This document shows, one piece after another, positions 26,620-38,199 of a stretch of 64,000 nt of DNA. The translations under genes and the position numbers were made by a program. This DNA is from Rhynchobatus australiae (taxonomy: Eukaryota). Within the stretch, counting starts at the first letter, position 1. The number at the start of each line of letters is the position of its first letter. Location: the NCBI GenBank assembly GCA_034780895.1, contig JAUZTB010000048.1, forward strand, positions 14,196,750 through 14,260,749, in the 5' to 3' direction. The notes below the pieces were generated by a model. The model had not been told where the DNA came from. It searched no databases and saw only the letters and a program-made list of their open reading frames with translations.

Positions 26620-26770
26620 AGAATCTGGAGCAAAAGACAAAATGCAGGAGGAACTTAGCAGACAGGCAGCATCTGTGGAGGGAAATGGACAGTCGACGTT
26701 TCGGCTGCGACCCTTCACCAGTCCAGTCAGATGCTGGCTGACCCACTAAGTTCCTCCAGCATTTTTTTCT
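26620..26770. mobile_element. Inverted PLE-derived unit with minus-strand hammerhead motif (subfamily A)
   Basis: Arms 26638-26675 and 26728-26765 are imperfect reverse complements. The minus strand of about 26690-26721 reads CTGGTGA-AGGGTCGCAGCC-GAAACGTC-GACTG. Confidence 0.8.
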
Positions 26771-26858
26771 TAGTAAAGAATTTGTCCACTTTTCAGCCTT
26801 GTACAGAGCTTGGTTATACCTATCTCACTTTAGTGAGATAATTGTTCATGATACTTAA

Positions 26859-26941
26859 TGAGGATATGTACTAGCATCACTAGTAAATTGATCAGCAATG
26901 CTCGCTATTCCTGAAGCAGAGTGGTATTACACAACAGAGTC
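26859..26941 (+). repeat. Local repeat copy 2 (83 bp) flanked by a 17-bp direct repeat
   Basis: 82/83 identical to the reverse complement of 27650-27732. Flanked by AATTGTTCATGATACTT at 26840-26856 and 26951-26967. Confidence 0.9.
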
Positions 26942-27303
26942 TTCATAAACAATTGTTCATGATACTTTATCACAGTTGACCTGGTCATGGGGTTGCNNNN
27001 NNNNNNAGTGAGAAACTGCCACCAACTGATGGCATTTTTCCTCCCAGAGACTTTCTGTACCACGGAGGATGATTTACAGTCTGGAAAGTTTACCTCTAGT
27101 GATTTAGTGCCACTTGATGTGAGGGGTTGGGTGGAGTGGAGACTGAAATATAGTCTGGTAGAGCCAGTTAAATTCCAAAACTATCTTTGATCCTTGGCCA
27201 GAAGGCTTGGAGCTCCTAGCTGATGAATGTTCTTGGTTTACAGATGCATCGGTTAAAGTTTAGGCAGCAGGATTGACCATGCAGAGGATAAAAGGTTCAA
27301 CAA

Positions 27304-27745
27304 GGAGCGGCACAGTGGTGCAACTGGTAAAATCACTGCCTCACAGAACCAGAGACCCAGGTTTGATCCTGACCTGCAATGTTGTCCGTGGGGAGCCTGC
27401 ATAGTCTCCCTGAGACTGCATGGTTTCTTCCAGGTGCTGTGGTTTCCTCCCACATTCCAAAGGATTTGTAGGTTAATTGGCCACTGTAAATTGCTCCTTG
27501 TGTGTAGATGAGTGATAGAATCTGGGGGGTGTTGCTGAGAATGTGGGGAGAATAAAAAATGCAATTAATGTAGGATTAATGTAAGTGAGTGGCTAATGGA
27601 ATGTGTGGACTTGCTGGGCTGAAGGGCCTCTTCCCATTCAGAACTGTTGGACTCTGTTGTGTAATACCACTCTGCTTCAGGAATAGTGAGCATTGCTGAT
27701 CAATTTACTAGTGATGCTAGTACATATCCTCACAACTATGACTCA
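27304..27745 (+). mobile_element. HE1-type V-SINE, tail interrupted by a ~99-bp insertion
   Basis: A-box TGGTGCAACTGG, B-box GGTTTGATCC, core GGTTTCCTCCCACATTCCAAAG, tail GGGCTGAAGGGCCTCTTCCCAT[insert]ATGACTC. Confidence 0.85.
27639..27737 (-). repeat. Local repeat copy 3 (inverted, inside the SINE tail)
   Basis: Its reverse complement aligns end-to-end with copy 1 and almost perfectly with copy 2. Confidence 0.9.
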
Positions 27746-27861
27746 ACATCTGAGTTGAGTGTAGACTTCACCAGCTCAGTACAACCGTATAGTATCAAAA
27801 ACAGCATCACTGAAATTTGGAGCATGCGCAAACCACATCCTGCACCTGTTATGCAGTTTCA

Positions 27862-27942
27862 CGTGGATGCTGCCTGACCTGCTGAGTTTTTCCAGCATCT
27901 TTTGTTTGTATTTCAGTCTCCAGCATCTGCATTTTTGTTTCA
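27862..27942 (+). mobile_element. PLE-derived tail fragment
   Basis: GATGCTGCCTGACCTGCTGAGTTTTTCCAGCATCTTTTGTTTGTATTTCAGTCTCCAGCATCTGCA. Confidence 0.7.
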
Positions 27943-28869
27943 TGCAGCTTCATGTGTCATTGACATTCTCCTGCCAGCGCCTCTATTTCTGCTGAAGTGT
28001 GTTAAAGCAGTGATGTGTGTGGAGTTTTGGTCGCAAGGTCCCTTGGCAGCAGCATTCAAACATGCACAAAGCTCAAGGCCCTGTGTGCAGTGGAACAGGC
28101 CTTGCACACTTTGTGCAGAGTTAATAATGCACGCTTATGCACTGCTGACTTTGACACTGTTGATCCAGGAGAGGAAATCAGCTCGGCTATGGATCACAGA
28201 AGCAGGGACTAAAGTGAGGATTAGGCCAAGTATCGAATGTCTTAAATGTCATTGCATCATGGAGGGGAGGAGCAAGAGAAGGAGGGGAATGATGGTAGAA
28301 GGAATATTGGTGGTTGGTGTCAGTGGGTGAGGAATTTGGTCTGCTGGACATACAAACAACTGATCGTCCAAGTTTATGAGGGGCAATGACCAGCCACTGG
28401 AGCAGAGCCAAGGAAGTCCACAGGAGAGTGCTCTGAGGAGGAGTTTCTTGCAAGTTAGTGAGCACCTTTGAATCATTGGCAGTGGATCTGCGGAGGTCAG
28501 GCTTCCTTTACATGAAGACACCTTTAACTCTCTAGTTCAGGCTTCTTTTGGTGTGAGCAGCCTGCATTGTTTGGTATGTGGTGGACTGCCAAGAGGGTGT
28601 ATGGATAGGGAACAGGTCTGGACTCCACACTGGTCCATCTATTCCAATACTACTAATACTTAGCTGCTCTCTTCCTGAAATGGAGTTACCAAAGTTAGAC
28701 CTCTTCAGTGTGTAGACAATAATGAGTGTCTGCATGGATGGGCAGCAGTACTTTTGGGTCAGCCTTCAACAAAGCAATTCCTTGTGTTAAACGTTCTATA
28801 AGAAAGGGAGCTAAAAAAAAAGTCACTGTTATGGAACTGACTTGGGGAAACCTGGCATTAGAATGGTCA

Positions 28870-28975
28870 AAAATAATTAAAATGGTAAATGCAGGAAACA
28901 CTGAGCATGTCAAGCTGCATCTGCAGAGAGAGAAAGAATTCATGTTTCACATTGATGACCCTTCATCAATATGAA
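28870..28975 (-). mobile_element. Short PLE-derived repeat with decayed hammerhead motif (subfamily B)
   Basis: Minus strand: TTGATGA-AGGGTCATCAATGT-GAAACATG, then CTCTCTCTGCAGATGCAGCTTGACATGCTCAGTGTTTCCTGCATTT. Confidence 0.65.
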
Positions 28976-29089
28976 AGGGTTGCTTCTCAAAGGTAGGCAA
29001 TACTTAAGCTTGGCCTTTTGGAAAGATATTCATTTTATGGCAAGTGCACTTTGATTAATTTTTTGGTACTTTAAATGATTGTTCAATAA

Positions 29090-29200
29090 AAGACTAGAAG
29101 GAAATGGTCCTAATGTGGGCAAATGGAAGTAGTGTAGATGGGCATAAAGTTTAGCATGGACGTGGTGGGCTGACAGGCGCATTTCTGCGCTATGACTCTG
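29090..29200 (+). mobile_element. CR1 3' tail fragment
   Basis: GGGCAAATGG..TAGTGTAGATGGGCAT..TAGCATGGACGTGGTGGGCTGA..ATTTCTGCGCTATGACTCT. Confidence 0.65.
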
Positions 29201-32200
29201 AAAGCATGAATGACAATTCTAGAGTGACAGCTCCAGTGAAAACAATTGTTTTCACTGTTAAGAACTTGCCCGGCAGCTTACTCTCAGTGAATATAACTAT
29301 CTTCAGCTGTATTCCCATAGGTGTATTGCTATCTCATTGATGTCAAGGTGGAAACTATAGTACGAGTTGATGGTACATTTTGTACATTGAAGAGGACAGG
29401 TTACAATGTGTGAACTAAACCATTGTAAAGATGTAACTGAATTTTAAAGTCAATACAGTGTTTTGGCCAGATAGTCATTGGCTGTATGTGATGGTGCTGT
29501 ACAGCATGTTTCATTTATACATAGGCTAGGGCAATTCTATTCTCTTGTTACCATTTCTCTTGCATGTCTTTTGCAGGCAAAAGTTATGAATTCCCATGGA
29601 ACATGGGGAAATTTCACATTAGGTGCAAAATTTCATTTTTAAAGCATCTTAGCCCTTCATTGAAATGCTATAAATTTCAATTGCAGTCAATGTTGTTTTG
29701 TAGACAACTTGTTGAATTCGTACACATCATTATCTGAATAATTGCTTGTAAAATTAATGGTCAGTCACTGCTATATTGTGGGTTTAGATAGGAAAAGTAT
29801 CCAATGATTTTGGAAGAACTTCCCACATCTGGGCATCAAACAAGCAGGACAGCTGATGGCACCTTCAACAATGAGCATTCTCTTAATATTGCAGGGAAAT
29901 GTCAGTTTGCATGTTTGAACTGATTACTTCCTTACTCTAAGGTGAGATCATTGCAAATTGACTTTTACCATTGATGTGTGATACTCTTTTGTTTCTTGAT
30001 CAATTTTTGTTTCTATATTTAGAAATATTCACACAAATTATGTATCTTTTATTTAATTGTTACAAGTTCATGCCTGAATATGACAGTGCTTCAGTTGCAT
30101 TGCTATTTGTCTAATTTACCCTGAGAATCATTTCCTNNNNNNNNNNNNNNNNNNNNNNNNNNNNNNNNNNNCTTTCTAGTTTCTTGGGAGGGATGACTAA
30201 TTTTGTGCCACTTTGGTGTACAGTTATGGAGCTTTGCAATCACTGGTAGCTAGATTGAGAATGCCTCACCTCAATTTACTTAGAATCCTTAGATATGATG
30301 AAGAGAGGAGTTTTTCATTGTACCAGACTGATTGCATTCCAATATACTGGACTGCCTTCAAAGCCAAGTCCTAATTGAGAATGTTCAAATCCATTGTACT
30401 GTCCATCTCAATTTGCGTGATGCTTTAAAAGTGGTAGCGGTTAGGAATTGGACACATTTCACTGATGAGCACAAAGATCCACAATGGAATGTGTCCGCTC
30501 GGCACTATTGAATACTCCAAGTCTGTACTTTCCAATTGGGAGCTTCCTTTTGCTCACTTTAAACCAATTCCATGCAGCTTCATTATATTACCAAAGAACC
30601 AATGGAAAGATAAGGTGGGACAAGTATAAAATTAAAAAGACTAACCCTAGCACGAACGTGCACAAAATAACTCTATGAGGAATCAATAGCAGCTATTGAG
30701 TGTGCTCGCCCAGAAATCATATACCTGACATCAACAAATCACATCTGCTCAGTGAAATATTGTCAGACAGTGTTTCAGAGAGAAGCCAGTAAAACCAATT
30801 ATTATGTNNNNNNNNNNNNNNNNNNNNNNNNNNNNNNNNNNNNNNNNNNNNNNNNNNNNNNNNNNNNNNNNNNNNNNNNNNNNNNNNNNNNNNNNNNNNN
30901 NNNNNNNTAAAACCAATTATTATGTTAAGTAAATTTAATGGAATAATCATTTTAATTTCTCTTTTTTGTCCTTAATGTGATAATTATTTCTTAATAAAGA
31001 AGCTCAAAAATCCTTTGGTAACTAAAACTCTATCAAAAGGCTGGTAGTGTATTTGGGAGTTGCATTATGTACAACAGCATCCTTCATTTGGGTGATTGGC
31101 ACAGATATTTGCAGGCCTCTGGTACTAAGTCACAGCCGGGGACTATGGAGCAGTGCAGGGTATGTGCACATTGATGTGGCTGGGAACCTGGAGAGATTGA
31201 ACAGGGGGAGGAGCGCTGTGGAGATCTAGGACCCATCAATTGGATGCTCATAAAGATTGGCTTTCAGGAAATGTAGTGAGTCAGAGCTCCCAGAGGGATC
31301 TGGAAAGAGGTGAGGAGATTAGGGGGAGATTATAGAGGGGAGAATGACAATAACAGACCGTCAGGGTGGGAGTGGCAGTAAAGTGAGGGGATTATAAATT
31401 GTAGAGGACACTAAACTGGTGCATTAGGAAGGCACATGCCTGCTTATCAGTAACTTGGTGAATCATCTTTCTCAGGTGGATCACATCTTTTCAGTGGGTT
31501 TAGTCCACCAATCCACTCAGCCCCACCTTCAGCTCTGTGCCTTCAGTTGTCACAGATTTAAGATGGGTTAGACTGGAGTTTGGAATTATCTTTCCACCAG
31601 AGTGAGACTCTCCCATTTTTGGAAGTTAAAATTACACCCCCATTTTAATGTAGTTTAAACCTCTCTGCTAGTTCTGATGATTCAGGTGCATGTCAAATTT
31701 GCATGAGACCCTTTGAAGTATGATATGATTTCCTTGTGCCCTGGTCAGCATTCTCCCTCTGGCCATCATCTCCAAAAGATTGATTAACTAGATGCTCATT
31801 TAATTACTTTATCATCATACATACCAACAGTCACTGCATCAGAGTAATTCATTATGTATAAATCATTCTGAAAAGAAAGAGAAGGCAGTCAATGGGTGAC
31901 AGTTCTATCTTTCCACACTTGTTTGAATATTTTTGCAGATTTAACAAAGGTTAAGGTTCAGCTTGAGTATTGTGTTTTCAAAGTCTCTTTCATTTTTGCT
32001 TTTATTTTTAGTGATGTTCCCAGTGTAACAACTGTGAAAAAGTATGTAGTTCCTGCCAGTACGAATCACCATTGTTCTCCTGCTCTTCACAGGCGTTATC
32101 AGCAGTTGCCAAACTGAAAGAGATAAATTGTGATGCTCACCTTCTTGGTCAAGCTGATTTGTGCCAACTCCCAAGACTGAAGGCACGATCAATTGTAAAG

Positions 32201-34733
32201 CTTGGCTAGAATCATACATCAGTTCACAACTGTCCAAGTCCATGACGTGATGACAGACTAGTTCTTCCCAGAATCCAATACAGATAATATAGGCTTTGAG
32301 ATAACTGAATCAAATAGGTCGGTAGTTTCAAACACTTGCCATGAGATATCTGAGTTTCCACTGTGGATTTACTGTATTTCTGAAGCTAGTTTTTCAAACA
32401 TGACCTTTTTTTTCACCTAACCTCACTTCTCATCATCCACTGCTGTCCCACTGCATTGAACAATAGACATGCTTGAACACAGTGCTTCTGAAAATAATGT
32501 TGTGGTTTGTTGGCATTCAAACTGTGCACACAATCATCTGAAATCCTCCTCTCCATCACTTCAGTGAGGTGCTGACCATATAAAATTGAAAAAAAAATCA
32601 GAGAGGAATTCCATCAAGTGTAAAAGGTATTTGCACATGAGCATCCCATGGATAAGAGCAGTGCTTACATTTTTCTACACCACAAATTAGAAATGTGCTA
32701 AAAATGTAAGCTCATTTGGCATATTCTCCTATTCTTACATTCTGAAGCTACAATGCCTTTGAGGATGTGTCTTAAACCAGCCTTTTGTTTTAGGAATCTA
32801 CATAGTGTGTTGCTAGATTTTGATTCTAATACCATTTATTCTCTCCAATACATAACTTCGAATGGGCATTTCTGAGAATTGAGGGCTGCAATGTTTCTGT
32901 TTTGCTGGCACTTAGACATGGTTATGCACAGTATTTCCTGTAAATTATTAGCACAATGTCTGCATTTGTTGAAAATTTTGAATTCTTTTACTGTGTCTCA
33001 AAATCTGTTATAAATATGTCTCGCAGAAATAGGCATTTATTTTGCTACCCTGCATCTATAATGTTAGTGCTTCTGCCAGCTCTGTTTTATAAATCTAAAG
33101 GATGGATTTTCCAATGCATTTTACACCCACTGCTACCTGCCAATATTTCTGTTTGCCTATTATTCATTTTCCTCAATGCCTACTATCCATCCTCTTACTT
33201 GAAGATTGTATTTCTTTTCATTTGGAGGTTATATTTCAGAAGTGTAAGTTGTTGTTTTACGTGGCTCTTTTTCTTTTGTGCAGTTTTTACTCTTCATCAT
33301 TTATCTTGATAAACCTCCCATTGTAAAGTCTTGAGATGCTATTAACACAATTTCATGAATAAAATCCCACCAGGTATAAATGGTTTCACTCCTTCCACTG
33401 CACAGATTACAGCTGAGGCCACTATCTCCTTGACATGACTGCATCTTATATCAAATGATGAAACATAACCTCTAAATGAAAAAAAATACAACTCATTATG
33501 TGGTTAAAAATGGTACAGAAACACAAAGAGTAGCAGTATACTCTTAGCACTTCAAGAGTTAATTGATCACAGCCGTTCTGGAGAGGCTAACGTGTCAGTT
33601 TAACCTTCTGCCTGATACGGTGAATGCTTTTTAAGTGGTGGGAACAGCAGCTTTTTGTACAGAACATGAAGTGCTGAGAAATGTTTCTTGTAATGCATTA
33701 TTAAGGATGTGTTAAGGTTGTTTGAGCAGAGACACTATGGAACAAAGTAATGCGGTTGTAAAAATGATAAACAAGAATTCAGGCTGTATTATTTTGCCCA
33801 AAGCAAACTGAATGCAGCTCAGGGCAGTGTGGTAATTGGATAAAATGCTTCAGCTAAAATCTGCAGAGTTCATTTTCATTCCAATGCATTTGAGACAGGC
33901 ATGCCACAATATTTTGTTAGTTCAATATAGAAAACGGTTTGGCAGGAAATATTCAATGAGTAACTGGACTGCTTAGCTTGTGCACTGGTAAGTGAAGTGG
34001 AGGAAGGTCTTCTGATGATGACATTGTGCAATGATATTCGGTATCTTCAACAGGATTTGAGACACAGTAAGCTGCCACAAGGTATGCTCAATTTAATAAA
34101 GAAAAAAATCATTCATCTGTTTGGTTGCTTCTTCTAAAGGGAGAATTTTCTCAAGCACCAATGCATTCACCATGCATTGTGCAATGATTACATAAATGGA
34201 ATACTTCATGCACCACAAGGCACGTTCCCTTTAGACAGTTATTGAGAATTGAGGTTCTTGTTGATCGCTAAAATCTAACATCACAACCTATAAATTTGGG
34301 CCTTTGGTAGAGCACCCTTTTGATAGTTGAAGACGGAATCATTATCTTTTCAAAAGTGAACCTGAAAAGCAATTATTAGTAGTGACAGACGTGAGCACCT
34401 ATGTTGCTCTCTTCCATTTCTTTCTAAAAAGATACCTATATTAATTAAAAGTAGCATGAAGACAACTATGCACGGTGAAACTGAACTGATGCTGTTGCAA
34501 CTTCATTAATTGCAGATTCCATTTTTACCATATGAAGGCCGGTTAAGCTCTCTCATACTTCTGGTCTCCATATCTCCTCCAAAGCAATGTCCCTCATTGC
34601 CATCATCACTGCTATCAAACAAATATATTACAAAATCAAGTCAACAGAAATCAAATAAAACAAACAGTAAAATTCATTGTCTTCTTTACAACTGGTTTCA
34701 TAAGTGGGTTGTGGTGGCAAACCTTAGAACAAA

Positions 34734-35048
34734 TGCAGGCTGTTTCCAAGTAACGAATGGGTTCCAATTTTACAGACGTCCATAAGTCATTTTGTTCAGA
34801 GGTCAGAAACTACATAAAAATCTCTTGNNNNNNNNNNNNNNNNNCCTCCACAGTATTGTAATGAATGACATCAAAAACACAAAAGACTAATAAAGAATAA
34901 TTGGAGAGAGAGGAAACTAGTTCTGCCATTCGTTGAAATGAGCGAATGTAGCTATGTCAGACTTTTGAATTTAATAATATTATGGGAGCTCATTCATATG
35001 TAGGGAATGTCCTTAAGTCGGGCGTTCATAACCCAGGAGTGGCCCACA
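34734..35048. mobile_element. Tigger/pogo-like MITE (non-autonomous DNA transposon)
   Basis: Decayed terminal inverted repeats TGCAGGCTGTTTCCAAGTAACGAA ... TTCATAACCCAGGAGTGGCCCACA (cf. CAGGCAGTCCCCGGGTTACGAA), and subterminal GTCCATAAGTC / GTCCTTAAGTCGG motifs. Confidence 0.65.
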
Positions 35049-36139
35049 AGTTCAAATGAATGCAGTTGTGATGTAACTGACATTTATTATTAGTACAATC
35101 TAGTTACAGTTACCTATGGTCAGTAATTCTTGGTGATTTCTCTCACATATATTTGTGTAATGATTTGAAAAATATTTTTAGATATTCAATGCATAATTAA
35201 AATTGTTACATAGGGTTGGATGTTTGCTAAATATTGCCATTTCCCTATTTTTTAAAATTTGCTTTTGCAATGAAATTTGCAAAAGGTGCTCTGAAATTTA
35301 ACAATTCACATCAATTTAGTCACTAATGCTATATTTCAAATAAATACCAGCTTAGTTTCAAATAATCCTTAAAAAAACTCTAAATATAAAATAATGTAAA
35401 TTTTTAAAGACATAAAATGATAGATATATGGGCCCCAGTAATTAATGGTGAGTGTGTGGGGAGCTCATCAATTTGGGAAGAACAAGCCAAGTGGGAATGT
35501 AGGGGTTCTGCTGATTGTAACATCAGGGGCCTGTTTCAATAACCTTCTGCAGACTCCCGCTTGACAGAGAACCAAGCTGACACTGTGGCCCAGCCAATGG
35601 GCAAATGCTAAAGCTGGCAGTGTTGACACTTTACTCTCTGGACCACATTCAGGGCTGGGTGGCAGCTTTGGGGAAACTAGGACATTGCAAATGAAGAAAG
35701 GAGAACAAGGACAATGGTGGGTTGGGTGTGATTAGAGCAAGGGTGGCTGAAGGTCACAATGCATGTCATGAAGAGTGCGTCTTTGGATCTTAGCTAGTCA
35801 GCACCTGTTGCTTTGGTTCTACTTCCAGGCAGTCAACACCACAGACATCACATGACTTAATGTTGAATTTCCATCACTGTCAAAATGATATGATCAAGCC
35901 ACAAATTTTGAATTTTGATTAGATCCATGCCATTCATTTGCAAGAGTCTTGTCAATAGCTCGATTTGTGTTTGTAAAAGTCTTTTGTGGGATAAAAGGCT
36001 CAGATTCACTGAAGGTGAATCATGAAGGTGCAACAACCATTCTAAAACAGCTTAGCCAATATTTTACTGCAGTTTATCATACTTCAGAATGCAATTTTCC
36101 TTTTACAAATGAAGCAATTTCTCCTTTTGTTGAGCATAC

Positions 36140-36445
36140 TCTTTCTTTTATTTCTCTTATAAGGATGTGCTGGCAGAGAGATGTTGCTATAAACTTCACT
36201 TCCAGTTTCTTGGCCATCTTCATTCCCCCCTGGCCTCACAGCTTAATATTTCTCCAGTCCAGTATCTGTTCTCCTCCATTTCTGGCCTCTTGATCATTTC
36301 TGAATTTAATTGCCCAATCATTCAACTCCCAAGGTTTTAAGTTCTTGCAATCCCTCTTACATTTCTTCATCTCCCTCCTTTATATTTTTCCTATCTTATT
36401 GCCCAAAATTCTATTAACCTGCGCTTTGTATGAATGCAACAACTG
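36140..36445 (+). mobile_element. L2-type LINE 3' end, old
   Basis: TCTGTTCTCCTCCATTTCTGGCCTCTTGATCATTTCTGAATTTAATTG resembles the reverse complement of 53760-53800. Confidence 0.45.
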
Positions 36446-36706
36446 NNNNNNNNNNNNNNNNNNNNNNNNNNNNNNNNNNNNNNNNNNNNNNNNNNNNNNN
36501 NNNNNNNNNNNNNNNNNNNNNNNNNNNNNNNNNNNNNNNNNNNNNNNNNNNNNNNNNNNNNNNNNNNNNNNNNNNNNNNNNNNNNNNNNNNNNNNNNNNN
36601 NNNNNNNNNNNNNNNNNNNNNNNNNNNNNNNNNNNNNNNNNNNNNNNNNNNNNNNNNNNNNNNNNNNNNNNNNNNNNNNNNNNNNNNNNNNNNNNNNNNN
36701 NNNNNN

Positions 36707-37477
36707 GTGAACTCACCGTCCCTGGAACCATTTTGGTGAACCTTTGCTGCAGTCCTTTTATACCTAGACTTTATCAGGTATGTAGACCAAAACCATACAC
36801 AATATCCCAGCTGCAGACTCACCAAGACCCTGTACAATTACAATAAAAATTTCTTACTGCTGTATTCAAACCGTTTTGTGATAAAGGCTGATGTACTATT
36901 TGCCCACTTAACCGCTTCCTGCACCTGCATATTGGTCTTCCGCAAGGTGTACAAGCATACTAGATCCATTTGAACATCAACATTATCAAACTCTCGCCAA
37001 TTAACCAGTTTACCATTATTCTGTTATGTGCAACAAGTGAATGAAGTCACATTTTTCCACACTATATTCCACCTGCCATGTTCTTGCCCACTCATTCAGT
37101 TTGTCCACATCTTTACATCCTCCTCCATACTCACAGTACCACCTAGTTTAGTATCATCAGCAAACTTGGAAATATGATACTTGGTCCTCCCAGCCGAGTC
37201 ATTGATTATAGATTGTGAAAAACTGGGATCCAAGTACTGTGGTACCTCATTTGTTATTGCCACCAAGCTGAGAATGATCCATTTATTCTCACTTTGCTCT
37301 GCACCTGATAACCAATTCTCATTGTACGTCGGTATTTACCCCCAATTCCAGGTACTCCATTCTTGATGACTAATACCATGTGTAGCTCCTTATTGAACAT
37401 CTTATGAAAATCCAAATACACTACTCCCACTGGCTCCCCCCATCTATTCCTCTAGTCACCATCTCAGAGGACATGGT
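36707..37477 (-). mobile_element. CR1 LINE RT region, degenerate
   Basis: GTATCATCAGCAAACTTGGAAAT = ISKFADDT on the minus strand; YRVLVSLQLGYCVWFWS (cf. YKxLVRPHLEYCVQFWS). Gaps on both sides. Confidence 0.8.
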
Positions 37478-38199
37478 NNNNNNNNNNNNNNNNNNNNNNN
37501 NNNNNNNNNNNNNNNNNNNNNNNNNNNNNNNNNNNNNNNNNNNNNNNNNNNNNNNNNNNNNNNNNNNNNNNNNNNNNNNNNNNNNNNNNNNNNNNNNNNN
37601 NNNNNNNNNNNNNNNNNNNNNNNNNNNNNNNNNNNNNNNNNNNNNNNNNNNNNNNNNNNNNNNNNNNNNNNNNNNNNNNNNNNNNNNNNNNNNNNNNNNN
37701 NNNNNNNNNNNNNNNNNNNNNNNNNNNNNNNNNNNNNNNNNNNNNNNNNNNNNNNNNNNNNNNNNNNNNNNNNNNNNNNNNNNNNNNNNNNNNNNNNNNN
37801 NNNNNNNNNNNNNNNNNNNNNNNNNNNNNNNNNNNNNNNNNNNNNNNNNNNNNNNNNNNNNNNNNNNNNNNNNNNNNNNNNNNNNNNNNNNNNNNNNNNN
37901 NNNNNNNNNNNNNNNNNNNNNNNNNNNNNNNNNNNNNNNNNNNNNNNNNNNNNNNNNNNNNNNNNNNNNNNNNNNNNNNNNNNNNNNNNNNNNNNNNNNN
38001 NNNTACAGACTTTTTATGTCTCTTGCCAGTTACTCTCCTAACCTGTCTTGCTTTTTTTTAATCAATTTCTTGGTCTTCCTTTGCTATTGCGATGTCTTTT
38101 GCTAATCATGTAACAGTTGATCACATGCACATTGCAAATGTTATTTATCTTATCACAATTGGCTTTGTTAATGTTGTCACAATTCAGCTAAACTGCGAC

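Noticed and set aside
30450-30496. GGACACATT...CTGATGA...AATGTGTCC as a hammerhead or C/D snoRNA
   Set aside because: It has no stem I, stem II, GAAA or box D; only a 9-bp inverted repeat.
30790-30925. Direct repeat TAAAACCAATTATTATGT
   Set aside because: It flanks a 100-N gap; same artefact.
32070-32210. Strong acceptor (TTCTCCTGCTCTTCACAG) followed by ALSAVAKLKEINCDAH...
   Set aside because: No recognisable protein and only a weak donor before the stop codon.
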